This document shows positions 39,533 through 49,858 of a stretch of DNA of 64,000 bases, piece after piece. Both the position numbers and the translations under genes were made by a program. The stretch's first letter is position 1. Every line of letters starts with the position of its first letter. The notes beneath the pieces were generated by a model. The model did not search any database, was not told the DNA's origin, and saw only the letters and a list, made by a program, of their open reading frames with translations. Source of the DNA: Candidatus Peribacteria bacterium (lineage in GTDB: Bacteria > Patescibacteriota > Gracilibacteria > Peribacterales > Peribacteraceae); contig JABICL010000039.1 in the NCBI GenBank assembly GCA_018652265.1, forward strand, positions 7,287 through 71,286. Reading direction: 5' to 3'.

Positions 39533-40168
39533 TTATCTCTCCCATTCAGTCAAATCACCTTCTTCTGCATCAAGCTCTGCTAGCTTTGCTAGCTCTGCTA
39601 GAACTATTTCGTTTAAAACATTTGCATCTCTTTCTATATCATCATGATAAGTAGGATCTAAATCTGATACAACAGCTTCACAAGATTCTGAAACACCAAA
39701 TGCTCCTATAAGAACATTCATATCTTTTTCATCTACAGGCAAGCTTTGTTCCGCTCTACTAGACTCCCAATCAAATGATGTCAGACTTTCTCCATCACCA
39801 AGATATTGTGATAATGATTCGTTTGAAATTTGTACCATCTCACTAAGAGTTTTTCCTACATGATCAACTGGCACTGCTAAACCAGGACTATGATTTTCAA
39901 TATGTCTTAGTATTTTCAAAACACTATCTCTAAATAATGGGTGTGAAGCAACTAAAGAAGCTACTCCGACCAAAGGAATAATAGGCGCATCAGCTGTTAC
40001 ATTTACACTAGTATCAATTAATTCTTTTTGTTCTTTCATAGCTTCAAAAAGTAACCTATGTGCAATCTGCCGTTGTATTGCAATAAATTGTGATTGATTA
40101 ATATTTAACGCCCATGACGCTCCATCGATTTTTCTGGGCGTTTGCTCATGATTTCTTCTTAAATCCAT
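39533..40168 (-). CDS. Hypothetical protein
   Basis: 211-aa ORF with TTGACA-N17-TAAATT upstream on the minus strand. Confidence 0.6.
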   Translation of the reverse strand: MDLRRNHEQTPRKIDGASWALNINQSQFIAIQRQIAHRLLFEAMKEQKELIDTSVNVTADAPIIPLVGVASLVASHPLFRDSVLKILRHIENHSPGLAVPVDHVGKTLSEMVQISNESLSQYLGDGESLTSFDWESSRAEQSLPVDEKDMNVLIGAFGVSESCEAVVSDLDPTYHDDIERDANVLNEIVLAELAKLAELDAEEGDLTEWER

Positions 40169-40314
40169 AATTATAATTTAAACATTATTTTAACATATGT
40201 CAATCCTTCAAAACTCCAAAATTCTTATGCTAGAGCCAAATTTCTAGTATATATTGACAATATAGCAACATATTAGACTAAAATCAGACATATTCTATAT
40301 CCAACTTAATAAAA

Positions 40315-40599
40315 ATGAATACCACAATAGACACTGAAATGAAGCTTATAACACCATATTTTGACTGCTCTGAAGAAGGAGTTGTAACTGCTGTGCCGCT
40401 TTCATGTGAAAATTTAGATTCAATACCAGATGAAATACTGGATTTATCAACTAGTGTACTACATGAATTATATGAAATTCATGTTGATTGCTCTCATGTT
40501 GCAAAAGAAGAATCTGAAGATGACATTCAGGCCTGCTTAAAAAAAACTCGCTCTAAATTACAAGAAAAAAGCATAAACATGTCTGTATCAGGCATTTAA
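40315..40599 (+). CDS. Hypothetical protein
   Basis: 94-aa ORF, no recognised motif. Confidence 0.5.
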   Translation: MNTTIDTEMKLITPYFDCSEEGVVTAVPLSCENLDSIPDEILDLSTSVLHELYEIHVDCSHVAKEESEDDIQACLKKTRSKLQEKSINMSVSGI

Positions 40600-40681
40600 T
40601 AATTAAGAGTCTAAAATGAAAATATGATATTCTTATAACATAAAAGACACATTACCATTCTCGGCAGGAACAGATGAGGAA

Positions 40682-43018
40682 GTGCAAAAGTTACTCAAAG
40701 AATACTCAATAGGCCTCACAGTAGAAGAGGCACGTAAGATAGTAGATTTCCTAGGTAGAGATCCTACGCTCGTAGAAGCCGTTATATGGGGTATTCAGGG
40801 ATCTGAGCACTGTAGCTACAAATCTAGTAAGAAGTTCCTGAAATACTTCCCTACAAGCGGGAAAAAGGTGATTTTGGGGCCATGTGAGGATTCAGGAATA
40901 GTGGCGATTACAGATGGTCCAGAAGGTAAAAGATGGGGGATTGTAGTAAGTCACGAGAGCCATAATCATCCATCGCAAATAGTTCCATACGAAGGAGCAG
41001 CTACTGGAGTAGGAGGAATTGTTCGTGATGTTCTATGTATGGGAGCACGAGTTGTTGGATCACTCGATCCACTTAGATTGGGAGATTTAAAAACTGAAGA
41101 ATCAGTATCTATAGCAAAAGAAGTTATTCGTGGGATCGCCGGATATGGAAATCCACTTGGTATTCCAAATCTAGGTGGAGATGTTCAGTTTGATAGTGAC
41201 TATAATTTTAACTGCCTGGTGAATGTAGTGTGTCATGGAATAGTAAGAGAAGATGAAATAATTCATAGTTATGTTCCAGAAGAAGCAGGAGAAGTTGGTT
41301 ACGACATAATACTTATAGGAAAACCAACAGATAGAAGTGGATTCGGAGGAGCCTCATTTGCGAGTGTAATTTTGGAAGAAGATGAAAAAGAAAAAAACAC
41401 AGGAGCAGTACAAGAACCAAATCCATTCCTAGAAAGACATATCCTAGTCTCTACTTACGCACTATTTGACTGGTTAGTTGCAAATAACAAACTAGATAAA
41501 GTTAGCTTCAAAGATTTAGGAGCTGGAGGAGTGGTTTGTGCATCTGTAGAACAAGTATCGGAACAAGGATTTGGAGCAGAGGTAGATATAGACAAAGTTC
41601 ATACTGCAATTTCTGATCTTCCACCGGAAGTAATTGCATGCGCAGAGACGCAAGAGAGATTCTGTTGGATGTGTCATCCTGACCTCACAGAACATATTCT
41701 GCAGCACTACAATGAAGATTGGGATTTACCAGGCATTGCAGAAAATGCTCGTGCATCACTTATAGGAAAAGTAACCAAGGAACCTATATATAAACTTAAT
41801 TACAAAGACGAAAGAATATGCGAAGCTCGTGCAAAAGATATTACATGTGGGCTTGAATACGACAGAGAGATTTCTGAACCTACATTTAATCTCACTGAAC
41901 CAAACTTAAAGCCAGAGAACATCGAAACTATATTGAAGAATATAATCTCAAATCCAAACTACGCATCAAAAGCACCAATTTTCAGACACTACGATAAGAA
42001 TGTTATAGGAAATACTGTTATAGAATCTGGAGAAGCAGATGCTGGAGTAATTGCTCCGTTACAGGATTTACAAAGTTATGTTCATGAAGGAACTCATCCT
42101 GGATGGGATATAAGCGAAGAGGATAAACTTACAGGAGTGGCAGTATCTTGTGATGGGAATGGGAAATATGGGAAAATTTCTCCTTACTGGCAAGGAGTGA
42201 ATGCAACTCTAGAATCTATGAGAAATGTGGCAGCAGTCGGTGCAACAGCTTGCGCACTTACTGATTGCTTAAATTATGCAAATCCTGAAGTCCCAGAAAA
42301 ATTATGGGAACTAAAAGAAGGAATTCGTGGAATCGCAGAAACAGCTAAAGGAATAGATATAGACGGAGAACCTGTACCTATAGTTAGCGGAAATGTAAGT
42401 TTGTATAATTCCACACCTGACGGTAAATCTATTCCTCCTACAGCAGTAGTCAGTTGTGTTGGAGTTATCAAAGATCACAGAAAAGCAGTAACTAGTTCTA
42501 TAAAGAACACAGGGTCGAAAATATTACTTGTAGGAGAAAGAAAAGATGAATGCGGAGGATCCGCTTACTACGAAGTTAATGGAGAGCTTGGAGCAAATGT
42601 TCCTAAACCAGATTTTGCAGAATCAAAAAAACAAATCGAATTTGTGATAGATGCCATAGATCAGCGCCTTGTAGAAAGCTCACACGATATTGCAGAAGGA
42701 GGACTTATGCTTGCATTATTTGAGATGCTTACTGTTACTTCTCCTCTAGAGAAAGTGAAATTTGGGATAAGTGCAACTATGAAGAATTTGAGAAGTGATC
42801 TATCTGCAGAAAAAATGCTATTTAGTGAAACACCTGGATTTATTTTGGTCACAAGTGATGAAGACAAATTAAAAGATTTAGCCAAAAAACATGGATTGGA
42901 TATTTTTGAAATAGGGGAGACTACTTCGGATAAGATTTTGAAAGTAGATGATTTGATATCAGCTGATATGGAAGAATTGATTGAAGTTTGGAAGAAGCCG
43001 CTAGAGGAAATTATTTAG
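40682..43018 (+). CDS. purL: Phosphoribosylformylglycinamidine synthase subunit PurL
   Basis: SEHCSYKSS, ESHNHPS..PYEGAATGVGGIVRD, DLGAGG, VSGNVSLYN; start uncertain. Confidence 0.96.
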   Translation: MQKLLKEYSIGLTVEEARKIVDFLGRDPTLVEAVIWGIQGSEHCSYKSSKKFLKYFPTSGKKVILGPCEDSGIVAITDGPEGKRWGIVVSHESHNHPSQIVPYEGAATGVGGIVRDVLCMGARVVGSLDPLRLGDLKTEESVSIAKEVIRGIAGYGNPLGIPNLGGDVQFDSDYNFNCLVNVVCHGIVREDEIIHSYVPEEAGEVGYDIILIGKPTDRSGFGGASFASVILEEDEKEKNTGAVQEPNPFLERHILVSTYALFDWLVANNKLDKVSFKDLGAGGVVCASVEQVSEQGFGAEVDIDKVHTAISDLPPEVIACAETQERFCWMCHPDLTEHILQHYNEDWDLPGIAENARASLIGKVTKEPIYKLNYKDERICEARAKDITCGLEYDREISEPTFNLTEPNLKPENIETILKNIISNPNYASKAPIFRHYDKNVIGNTVIESGEADAGVIAPLQDLQSYVHEGTHPGWDISEEDKLTGVAVSCDGNGKYGKISPYWQGVNATLESMRNVAAVGATACALTDCLNYANPEVPEKLWELKEGIRGIAETAKGIDIDGEPVPIVSGNVSLYNSTPDGKSIPPTAVVSCVGVIKDHRKAVTSSIKNTGSKILLVGERKDECGGSAYYEVNGELGANVPKPDFAESKKQIEFVIDAIDQRLVESSHDIAEGGLMLALFEMLTVTSPLEKVKFGISATMKNLRSDLSAEKMLFSETPGFILVTSDEDKLKDLAKKHGLDIFEIGETTSDKILKVDDLISADMEELIEVWKKPLEEII

Positions 43019-43028
43019 AATTTAGTAG

Positions 43029-43211
43029 CCCTTCGACTTCGCCGCTCGCAAGGCTCGCAGCTTCGCTCAGGATGACATTTTAATCCGTTACAACAAAATA
43101 TGTCATGCTGAGCCGTACTGAGCGAACGAGCACTTGAAGCGGAGCTGGCGACGCTTAAGTCTCGTGAGACGAAGTACGTGTCGAAGCATTAAGCCTTAAG
43201 CACGCGAGCGG
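43029..43211. repeat. Composite repeat cluster: inverted pair of family B units plus right half of family A
   Basis: 43029-43077(-) ends GGATGACA, 43101-43189(+) starts TGTCATG, 43193-43211 GCCTTAAGCACGCGAGCGG. Confidence 0.85.
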
Positions 43212-43262
43212 GGTGCTTAATCTAGGTATAACGAACATTTATATTGCTTATCGCGTAAATCT

Positions 43263-43931
43263 ATGTTTACATATCCTCCTTTTATTATGATTCTTCGATC
43301 TGCAATCTTAGGCATCTCAATAGCAGCAGCACTTGTCATTGTAATGATTGCAATCCCTCAGAGGACTACAGAACCTGAGCTATCTGATTTTCAAAGTGAA
43401 CTCACAGAGAGTGATCTACCTCCAAGGCTTTTTCCTATGTTTGCACATGAAGAAGAGGGAGAAGTAGCTTTAAGAATAAGCAAAACACCAGAAAACAGAG
43501 ACACTGCACCTGGAAGCAGATTCACATGGCAGGTAGAGCTAGAAAACTTGGGATCAAAGGATTTGAAAAATCTAAAAGTAGAAGAAAGATACGATGCATC
43601 TAGAATTTCTATACTTGATGCACACGAAGGAGAAATTGAAGAAAATAAAATCTCTTGGGAGATAGACGAAATAGATTCTGGAAACGTATGGTTTGCACGT
43701 ATCGAAGCAGAGGTCCCTAATGATGCTGAGAACAATTCATTCTCCGTAACTTCATATGTATCTGGAGATATGATAAAAGAAATACCTAGTAGCTCTAGAA
43801 TGGCAACTAGCTCTGTGACTGTTGTGGATTTACCAGAGACAGGAGCAGATATGAGTACGCTACTCGCTTTCTTGGTTGCATTGGCTATTGTTTCTCCAGC
43901 AGGAATAAAAACGTTTAGAAATCTATCTTAA
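43263..43931 (+). CDS. DUF11-like surface protein with LPxTG sorting signal
   Basis: ISKT...PG..FTW.V.LEN.G Ig-like unit; LPETG + hydrophobic segment + basic tail; start may be 43287. Confidence 0.8.
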   Translation: MFTYPPFIMILRSAILGISIAAALVIVMIAIPQRTTEPELSDFQSELTESDLPPRLFPMFAHEEEGEVALRISKTPENRDTAPGSRFTWQVELENLGSKDLKNLKVEERYDASRISILDAHEGEIEENKISWEIDEIDSGNVWFARIEAEVPNDAENNSFSVTSYVSGDMIKEIPSSSRMATSSVTVVDLPETGADMSTLLAFLVALAIVSPAGIKTFRNLS

Positions 43932-43966
43932 GTAGGATAAACATAGACTAAAGTACATCGGCTTGT

Positions 43967-44356
43967 TTATGCATGTCTTGAATCGTTTCTGGTAAGAAAA
44001 TCTGCAAAATCAAATGTTACAACTGCAATCCAGAAAAGAACTATTGCTAATCTAAATACCAATACATTTCCAATCATATAAATTAATAAAACATCCAAAG
44101 TAACAAAAAGCATGCCAATTACAAGTATCGAAAATAGTGTAGTTATATGCCCCCAAATAATCGCCTTACCCGATATAGCATCTTTGTATTTATAAACAAA
44201 ATTACTAGTAATTGGTGCAATTACAATCAAGCCAACAAAAAGCAAAAGAGTATCCAATTTATCATTTGGCATAAGAGCTACCTCCTTTGTAGCAAAGAAA
44301 TAAAATGGAACAAGTGCCGCATGTATTAGAATGTTTTTAATAATTAGAAGTTTCAT
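43967..44356 (-). CDS. Hypothetical 4-TM membrane protein
   Basis: Four hydrophobic segments. Confidence 0.6.
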   Translation of the reverse strand: MKLLIIKNILIHAALVPFYFFATKEVALMPNDKLDTLLLFVGLIVIAPITSNFVYKYKDAISGKAIIWGHITTLFSILVIGMLFVTLDVLLIYMIGNVLVFRLAIVLFWIAVVTFDFADFLTRNDSRHA

Positions 44357-44404
44357 GTTTCACAAGAAATATTAGTGTTTTCGCACTATTTATTCAATAG
44401 GGCC

Positions 44405-45163
44405 CTACTCATCGATGTAAACTCCAGCAGGATAGCCCGAAAGTCCTTCTGGAGGATTTCCAAGTTCTATATGCGCCCTTTTGCCATTACATTTATCAAC
44501 AAAATCTTCACCTTGCGTATTTCCAACATGATATACAAGAGGAACGAAGCCATCCCCATCTGGAACAGCTAATCTTTGGGTTGCTGAAAAACCTGTATCA
44601 TCATCCTGCAACTCAAAACTTATATTATCCACCATAATAGCACTAGGGCTTCTACTACTTAACTCAACGGCTCCATTTGCAGTAAGGCCAGGTCGATCTT
44701 TCTGTGTTTTAGAAAGCCGATTATAATCAGGTGTACCTGTATTATCTGTAATATTTAGAATGCTTGCCATCAGCTGTGTACGTAGCAATACAATTTTACC
44801 TACCAAGCTTTTGCAAGCTTTACATTCTTCGAGCAAATTTTTTATTTCTTCTCTTGTATATGCAACGCCTTTCTGCAAATTTAGAATTAAAAGATCACCA
44901 TGCAACCTAGGCCTATCCAAAGTATCTACATTTAAATGAGAAAGATTAGAATTGAATGCTGAAGGAGTCAGCAATGCAGTACCACTAAAAGTAAACATTC
45001 TAATCATTGCACTACGTTCAAAACTGCATTCTCCAGTATCAGGATTTATAAAAATAATTTTAGGCAAAACACTATCTTCGCCATTAAAGACTCGTTGATC
45101 CACTTCAGTTGGAATGCCATCGATTGAGAACCTATTTGGCGGAATGGTTAATTTCATTCGCAA
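44405..45163 (-). CDS. Divergent cyclase/kynurenine formamidase-like protein
   Basis: SGTALLTPSAF, GKIVLLRT, PGLT..GA..L, AIMVDNIS follow the order of cyclase-family motifs. Confidence 0.55.
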   Translation of the reverse strand: MRMKLTIPPNRFSIDGIPTEVDQRVFNGEDSVLPKIIFINPDTGECSFERSAMIRMFTFSGTALLTPSAFNSNLSHLNVDTLDRPRLHGDLLILNLQKGVAYTREEIKNLLEECKACKSLVGKIVLLRTQLMASILNITDNTGTPDYNRLSKTQKDRPGLTANGAVELSSRSPSAIMVDNISFELQDDDTGFSATQRLAVPDGDGFVPLVYHVGNTQGEDFVDKCNGKRAHIELGNPPEGLSGYPAGVYIDE

Positions 45164-45235
45164 AAATAGTATTTTGTAAAAGGAAAATATTATGTGACTT
45201 TTTATTATTTATGTCAAGCATAATGTACACCACAT

Positions 45236-45676
45236 TTAGGAACCATCCCCAACCTGCACCTTAGCAGGACGCACTACTTTGCCGTGTAGTTCGAATCCAT
45301 CCTGATGCACTTCTGTGACTATGTCCTTCTCGCCAGGTGCTGTATTTACTACTTCATGCTTAGATGGATCTATAGCACTCCCCATAGGAGTCATTTTTGT
45401 AAGTCCTGCATCTATAAATACTTTCTCTAGTTTTTCTAGAACCTGTTTAAATCCTTCATCGTGATCTACACCTCTAGACAAATCATCATACACAGGAAGC
45501 AAATTCAATATAAAAGGCACAGCTGCAAACTTTCTAAGCTCCTGCGCCTCTTTTTGCATTCTAGTCTTAAAGTTCTGCAAATCTGCCTGCGCACGCGCTG
45601 CTACTTCTTTGAAATTATCAGCTTCTTTCTCTTCTTCTTTGCCATCTTGTTTCTGATCTTTTGGGTCTGAAGTCAT
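45236..45676 (-). CDS. grpE: Nucleotide exchange factor GrpE
   Basis: RAQADLQNFKTR, LLPVYDDL, DPSKHEVV, GFELHGKVVRPAKVQV. Confidence 0.93.
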   Translation of the reverse strand: MTSDPKDQKQDGKEEEKEADNFKEVAARAQADLQNFKTRMQKEAQELRKFAAVPFILNLLPVYDDLSRGVDHDEGFKQVLEKLEKVFIDAGLTKMTPMGSAIDPSKHEVVNTAPGEKDIVTEVHQDGFELHGKVVRPAKVQVGDGS

Positions 45677-45764
45677 ATTTAATTACGGTTAAATTATGTC
45701 ACTATTCTAACCCGCAGTTTAGTAAACTCACTAATTTTCTTTGTTTTATATATACAAATCCAAC

Positions 45765-45868
45765 GCAGCAAGCGTGCAGGCGGTATTTTGCGTAAGCTTT
45801 AAAGCTTAGCGAGCATGTGAGCGCCCTTCGACACGGCGATGCTGAAGCATCGCCTGCTCAGGATGACA
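45765..45868. repeat. Left half of family A plus a short family B unit
   Basis: GCAGCAAGCGTGCAGGCGGTATTTTGCGTAAG then CCTTCGAC...GCTCAGGATGACA. Confidence 0.8.
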
Positions 45869-45875
45869 TATACCC

Positions 45876-47162
45876 CTATTCACTAAGCCCCTTAACTATA
45901 TCTATGCTCCCATCTTCATTCTTTTTCTGATCCTTCTTCTTGGATCCAGAATCAGAAGGTTTTACGGTGAAATCTTCATTTACACCCTGCATTTTAGAAA
46001 TCACTTTCTTTACACAATCTAAAACCTCCAACTGGAAGTTTCCATATCCTTCGCGTCTAAATCCTGCAGCACGATTATGACCACCTCCTTCAAAGAGCTC
46101 AGAGGCTATAACACTCGCATCTTTTTCTTCGCTTGTCCTCATGCTGGCTTTTAATTTTCCTTCCTCAATCTCGGTAAACAGAATATATACATCGGCTCCA
46201 GGAATAGTAGTAAGAAGATCATCTATTATTCCATGAGTCTCTTTACTGGTTGCATCCATCTCGGCGAGGTCATCTCTACTTATAGTCGACCAAACTATGT
46301 GATCTTTTTTATTTACCTGAATGTTATTTAGAGCACGTCCCCAGATCTTCAGAGTGCTTAGTGGCTTTGTTTTATATATAAATTGAATGATCTCCTGCTG
46401 CCTTGCACCCATATCTAGAAGTTCTGCAGCAATTTCTAGAGATCTAGGCGTGGTATTTGGATTCTGGAAACTTCTGGTATCTGTTATAAGTCCTGTAAGT
46501 AAAAGTGTAGCTATATCTGATGTTATTTTTGCCTTCCATTCGCCTACAGACATAAACCATTCATACAAAACTTCTGTAGCACTGGCAGAAGAAGTAGATA
46601 GTAAATTACAAGTACCAAACTTAGAATTGCTAATATGATGATCTATGTTTAGGACAGGAACTTTATCGAACAAATCTTTATGTGTTTCATAAAAAGATCC
46701 AAGAAGTTTTACATCTGCAGTATCCACTACCACTACCAAATCATAGGGCAGGGGACCATCTTTTAGAGAAATATCGCTTTCTCTTAGATCTCCTTTCTTT
46801 GGAGTGATTATTATATTCACCCCATTTTCTTCTGGAACATATCTGAGCTTATCTACCTCAAATCCATTTGCACAATTTAATGTGATGATGAAATCTTTCT
46901 TGTAATCAATCTCTTGTTCTAGCTTATTAAATCCAGGTAAGAACGATAACGACTCAGGTAGTGTGTCTGGACATATCACAGTGCATTTTTTGTCCAAAGT
47001 AGTGAAAAGCATGTAGCAGGCAAGTGCAGAGCCAAGTCCATCAGGATCTACATTTGCATGAGGGACTATGAGTATATTTGTCGCCTCATCTATAGTTTTT
47101 TTGGCCTCTACTTGCGCTTTTTTAGTATTTAGCACGGGTTTTTTGATATCACTGGTTATCAT
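45876..47162 (-). CDS. DHH family phosphoesterase (NrnA-like, long form)
   Basis: HANVDPDGLGS, VDTA, NIDHH, TDT, GGGHNRAAG. Confidence 0.92.
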   Translation of the reverse strand: MITSDIKKPVLNTKKAQVEAKKTIDEATNILIVPHANVDPDGLGSALACYMLFTTLDKKCTVICPDTLPESLSFLPGFNKLEQEIDYKKDFIITLNCANGFEVDKLRYVPEENGVNIIITPKKGDLRESDISLKDGPLPYDLVVVVDTADVKLLGSFYETHKDLFDKVPVLNIDHHISNSKFGTCNLLSTSSASATEVLYEWFMSVGEWKAKITSDIATLLLTGLITDTRSFQNPNTTPRSLEIAAELLDMGARQQEIIQFIYKTKPLSTLKIWGRALNNIQVNKKDHIVWSTISRDDLAEMDATSKETHGIIDDLLTTIPGADVYILFTEIEEGKLKASMRTSEEKDASVIASELFEGGGHNRAAGFRREGYGNFQLEVLDCVKKVISKMQGVNEDFTVKPSDSGSKKKDQKKNEDGSIDIVKGLSE

Positions 47163-47268
47163 AGTATTATAACATATTTCTAGGATTCATGCAATTTAAG
47201 CCCAGGAAAGACCAGATTGTAGATATTTCAAGCAGAATTGCCAAGGGAATATGTGGTATAATTACTAG

Positions 47269-47631
47269 ATGCTGAAGACACTATTTATAGCAAAGGCACT
47301 GGTGCTAGATGCAATCCTGATTAAAAAGGCATTAGCTACATCTCCACCAAGTACCACACCTATGCAATTAGATGTTTGTTGGGGTGGAATACCTTGTATG
47401 ACTCTGAATGATATAACTATCACTTCTACCAATTCGATGTTCCTAGTAGCATTTTTTATAGGACTTGCGATCTTTATAGTTGGAGCATTTATGATGGTTA
47501 TTTCCGGTGGAAATGACACTCTTTTGCAATCTGCCAAAAGAGCAATGAAAGGCTCTCTTATAGGAGTTGCATTTGTAGCTGGAGCATATGGAATGTATAG
47601 AACAGTTGTGTACATATTCTATGTACTCTAA
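47269..47631 (+). CDS. TrbC/VirB2-like pilin of CPR type
   Basis: Two TM helices around SGGN....AK..M..SLIG. Confidence 0.7.
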   Translation: MLKTLFIAKALVLDAILIKKALATSPPSTTPMQLDVCWGGIPCMTLNDITITSTNSMFLVAFFIGLAIFIVGAFMMVISGGNDTLLQSAKRAMKGSLIGVAFVAGAYGMYRTVVYIFYVL

Positions 47632-47711
47632 ACACTAACCAACAATCCGGATTACGCTGCAACACGTTACACGTTGTTAAACATACAAACAGAAAGTAAA
47701 ATTTCCCCCTT

Positions 47712-48728
47712 ATGTTGAATGTAAATCAAACATCACAATTACTTACGCAAATGGAAAATTCTAAGCGTATTGTGTGTGTTTGTCATGATAATCCAGATGG
47801 AGATGCAATTGGGTCTATGTTAGGCCTTTCATTGATACTAAAGGAAAATTTCAAAGATAAAGAAATAATTTCAGCATGCAAAGACCAAGCTCCTGCATCA
47901 TTTAAATTTATAAAGAGTGTTGAATCTATAAAAAACATAATAAATCCACAAAGCGGAGATCTATTCTTTTTCCTAGACTCTGCAGAACCAAAATTAATTA
48001 GCTTTCATGAAATTCATCCGTATCTATTCTCTCCTGAGACTACAAAAGAAAAAGGGATATCTACCATAAAAGCAGATCACCATCCTTCGGGTTCAGAATT
48101 TGGTCAGATTAATTTTCTAGATCCAGAGGCAGCATCTACATGTGAAATCGTTGTAGATATGATGGATGCAGTTGATTTCAAAATAAATACAGATGCAGCA
48201 ACCGCACTACTAACTGGAATATATACAGATACAGGAAGCATGATGCATAGTAATACTTCCCAGAGAGTATATAGAACATCTGCCAGACTTCTGCGCGCTG
48301 GAGCAGATCAAAAGAAGATAGTAGAAAATGTATACAGAACTACAAAGCCATCCTCTCTAAGATTATGGGGGAAAGTATTAGAAAAAATATCCATAACCCC
48401 AGAAGGAGGAGCTGTATCTGCTGTAACAATGTCTGATTTTAGAAGCACTGGATCTCATTTTTCGGAACTAAATGGAGCAATAGATTATCTAAATTCAATT
48501 CCTGGAATGAAGTTTTCTATGATCCTCTCCGAACGTGATGGAAAGGTAAAAGGATCACTCAGAACACTCAGAGAAGATGTCGATGTCTCTGCTATGGCAC
48601 AAAAATTCTCAGGAGGAGGACATAAAAAGGCTGCAGGATTTTCGCTAGATGGAACACTGGAAGAAGAGCGTAGGTGGAAAGTGGTGCCGGGCGATGCTTC
48701 AACACGCACTTCAACAAACTCAGGATAA
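47712..48728 (+). CDS. DHH family phosphoesterase (NrnA-like)
   Basis: HDNPDGDAIGS, ADHH, TDTG, GSLR, GGGHKKAAG. Confidence 0.93.
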   Translation: MLNVNQTSQLLTQMENSKRIVCVCHDNPDGDAIGSMLGLSLILKENFKDKEIISACKDQAPASFKFIKSVESIKNIINPQSGDLFFFLDSAEPKLISFHEIHPYLFSPETTKEKGISTIKADHHPSGSEFGQINFLDPEAASTCEIVVDMMDAVDFKINTDAATALLTGIYTDTGSMMHSNTSQRVYRTSARLLRAGADQKKIVENVYRTTKPSSLRLWGKVLEKISITPEGGAVSAVTMSDFRSTGSHFSELNGAIDYLNSIPGMKFSMILSERDGKVKGSLRTLREDVDVSAMAQKFSGGGHKKAAGFSLDGTLEEERRWKVVPGDASTRTSTNSG

Positions 48729-48746
48729 CAAAGTATGACATGACAG

Positions 48747-48855
48747 GCAGCAAGCGTGCAGGCGGTATTTTGCGTAAGAAATCATTCTTGGGTACCAATA
48801 TATTATCAATCCCATGTTGATTTCGTCGCATATACCGCCTTAAGCACGCGAGCGG
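48747..48855 (+). repeat. Family A repeat, core type 2
   Basis: Same arms; core ATTCTTGGGTACC...CCCATGTT shared with 58930 and 59899 copies. Confidence 0.9.
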
Positions 48856-48906
48856 GGTGCTTCTTGCTACTTTGGAGGTGATATCAAATAAGCTAATATA
48901 ATCAGG

Positions 48907-49779
48907 ATGTCTAAACACTCTGTCATCTTCTTCGGTACTCCAGAGTTTGCTTGCCCAACACTGCAGGCCCTAAATGATGATGGCAATTTCGAGGTATCAC
49001 TTGTAATTACTCAGCCAGATAAACCGGTGGGCAGAAAACAAGAAATCACTCCTCCTTCTGTAAAAGACTTAGCTATTGAACTCGGAATACCTGTATTTCA
49101 AACAGATGATATAAACAAAGACTTCGCAGAAATTCCAAGACATGTTTACAAGCCGCCAGATTTTCTAGTTGTAGTTGCATTTGGACAAATACTTTCGAAG
49201 GCAATTTTGAAAGTGCCAAAGGTTGCAGCTATAAACGTGCATGCATCTCTTCTTCCTAGATGGAGAGGGGCATCTCCTATACAAAACAGCATAATGAGTG
49301 GCGATGAAGAGACTGGGGCAACTGTACAAAGAATGGAAGAAGAATTTGATACTGGCCCTGTGCTTGCACAAAGCAAAACTAAAATTGAAAAATACGATAC
49401 AACTGCATCGCTTGGGAAAAGGCTTTCTGAAATTGGTGCAGATTTACTAACAAAAACAATCAAGAAGAATTTGCCAGAAAAGGAGCAAGATAAATCTGAA
49501 GCAACTTACTGCAAAAAACTTACACGAGAATCAGGAATAGTGAGCCCTTCAGAAATGACAGCAGAAGAAATAGATAGATATGTAAGAGCACTAGTCCCAT
49601 GGCCTGGAGTTACAATTTCTTCAAATGACAAAAAAATTAAACTTATAGAAACATCACTTTCGGATGCAACAGATTCTATTGAACTTAAATGTAAAGACGA
49701 CACAACATTAAACATAATTAAGCTACAAGCTCCAGGGAGGAATATTGTAAGCGGAAAAGAAGGAAAAAACTTAATCTGA
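48907..49779 (+). CDS. fmt: Methionyl-tRNA formyltransferase
   Basis: FFGTPEFA, TQPDKPVGR, INVHASLLPRWRGASPI. Confidence 0.97.
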   Translation: MSKHSVIFFGTPEFACPTLQALNDDGNFEVSLVITQPDKPVGRKQEITPPSVKDLAIELGIPVFQTDDINKDFAEIPRHVYKPPDFLVVVAFGQILSKAILKVPKVAAINVHASLLPRWRGASPIQNSIMSGDEETGATVQRMEEEFDTGPVLAQSKTKIEKYDTTASLGKRLSEIGADLLTKTIKKNLPEKEQDKSEATYCKKLTRESGIVSPSEMTAEEIDRYVRALVPWPGVTISSNDKKIKLIETSLSDATDSIELKCKDDTTLNIIKLQAPGRNIVSGKEGKNLI

Positions 49780-49858
49780 ACCATCTACTAAAAAAGTCAA
49801 ATCACGTTACGGGCTTAAACATGCGTAATATGGTAATATATTCAGACTATTAGCACTT

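Noticed and set aside
40616..40684. TGA recoding (genetic code 25) suggested by ATG-AAA-ATA-TGA upstream of purL
   Set aside because: Long conserved genes have no internal TGA, and fmt and the CCA enzyme end at TGA, so the standard code fits.
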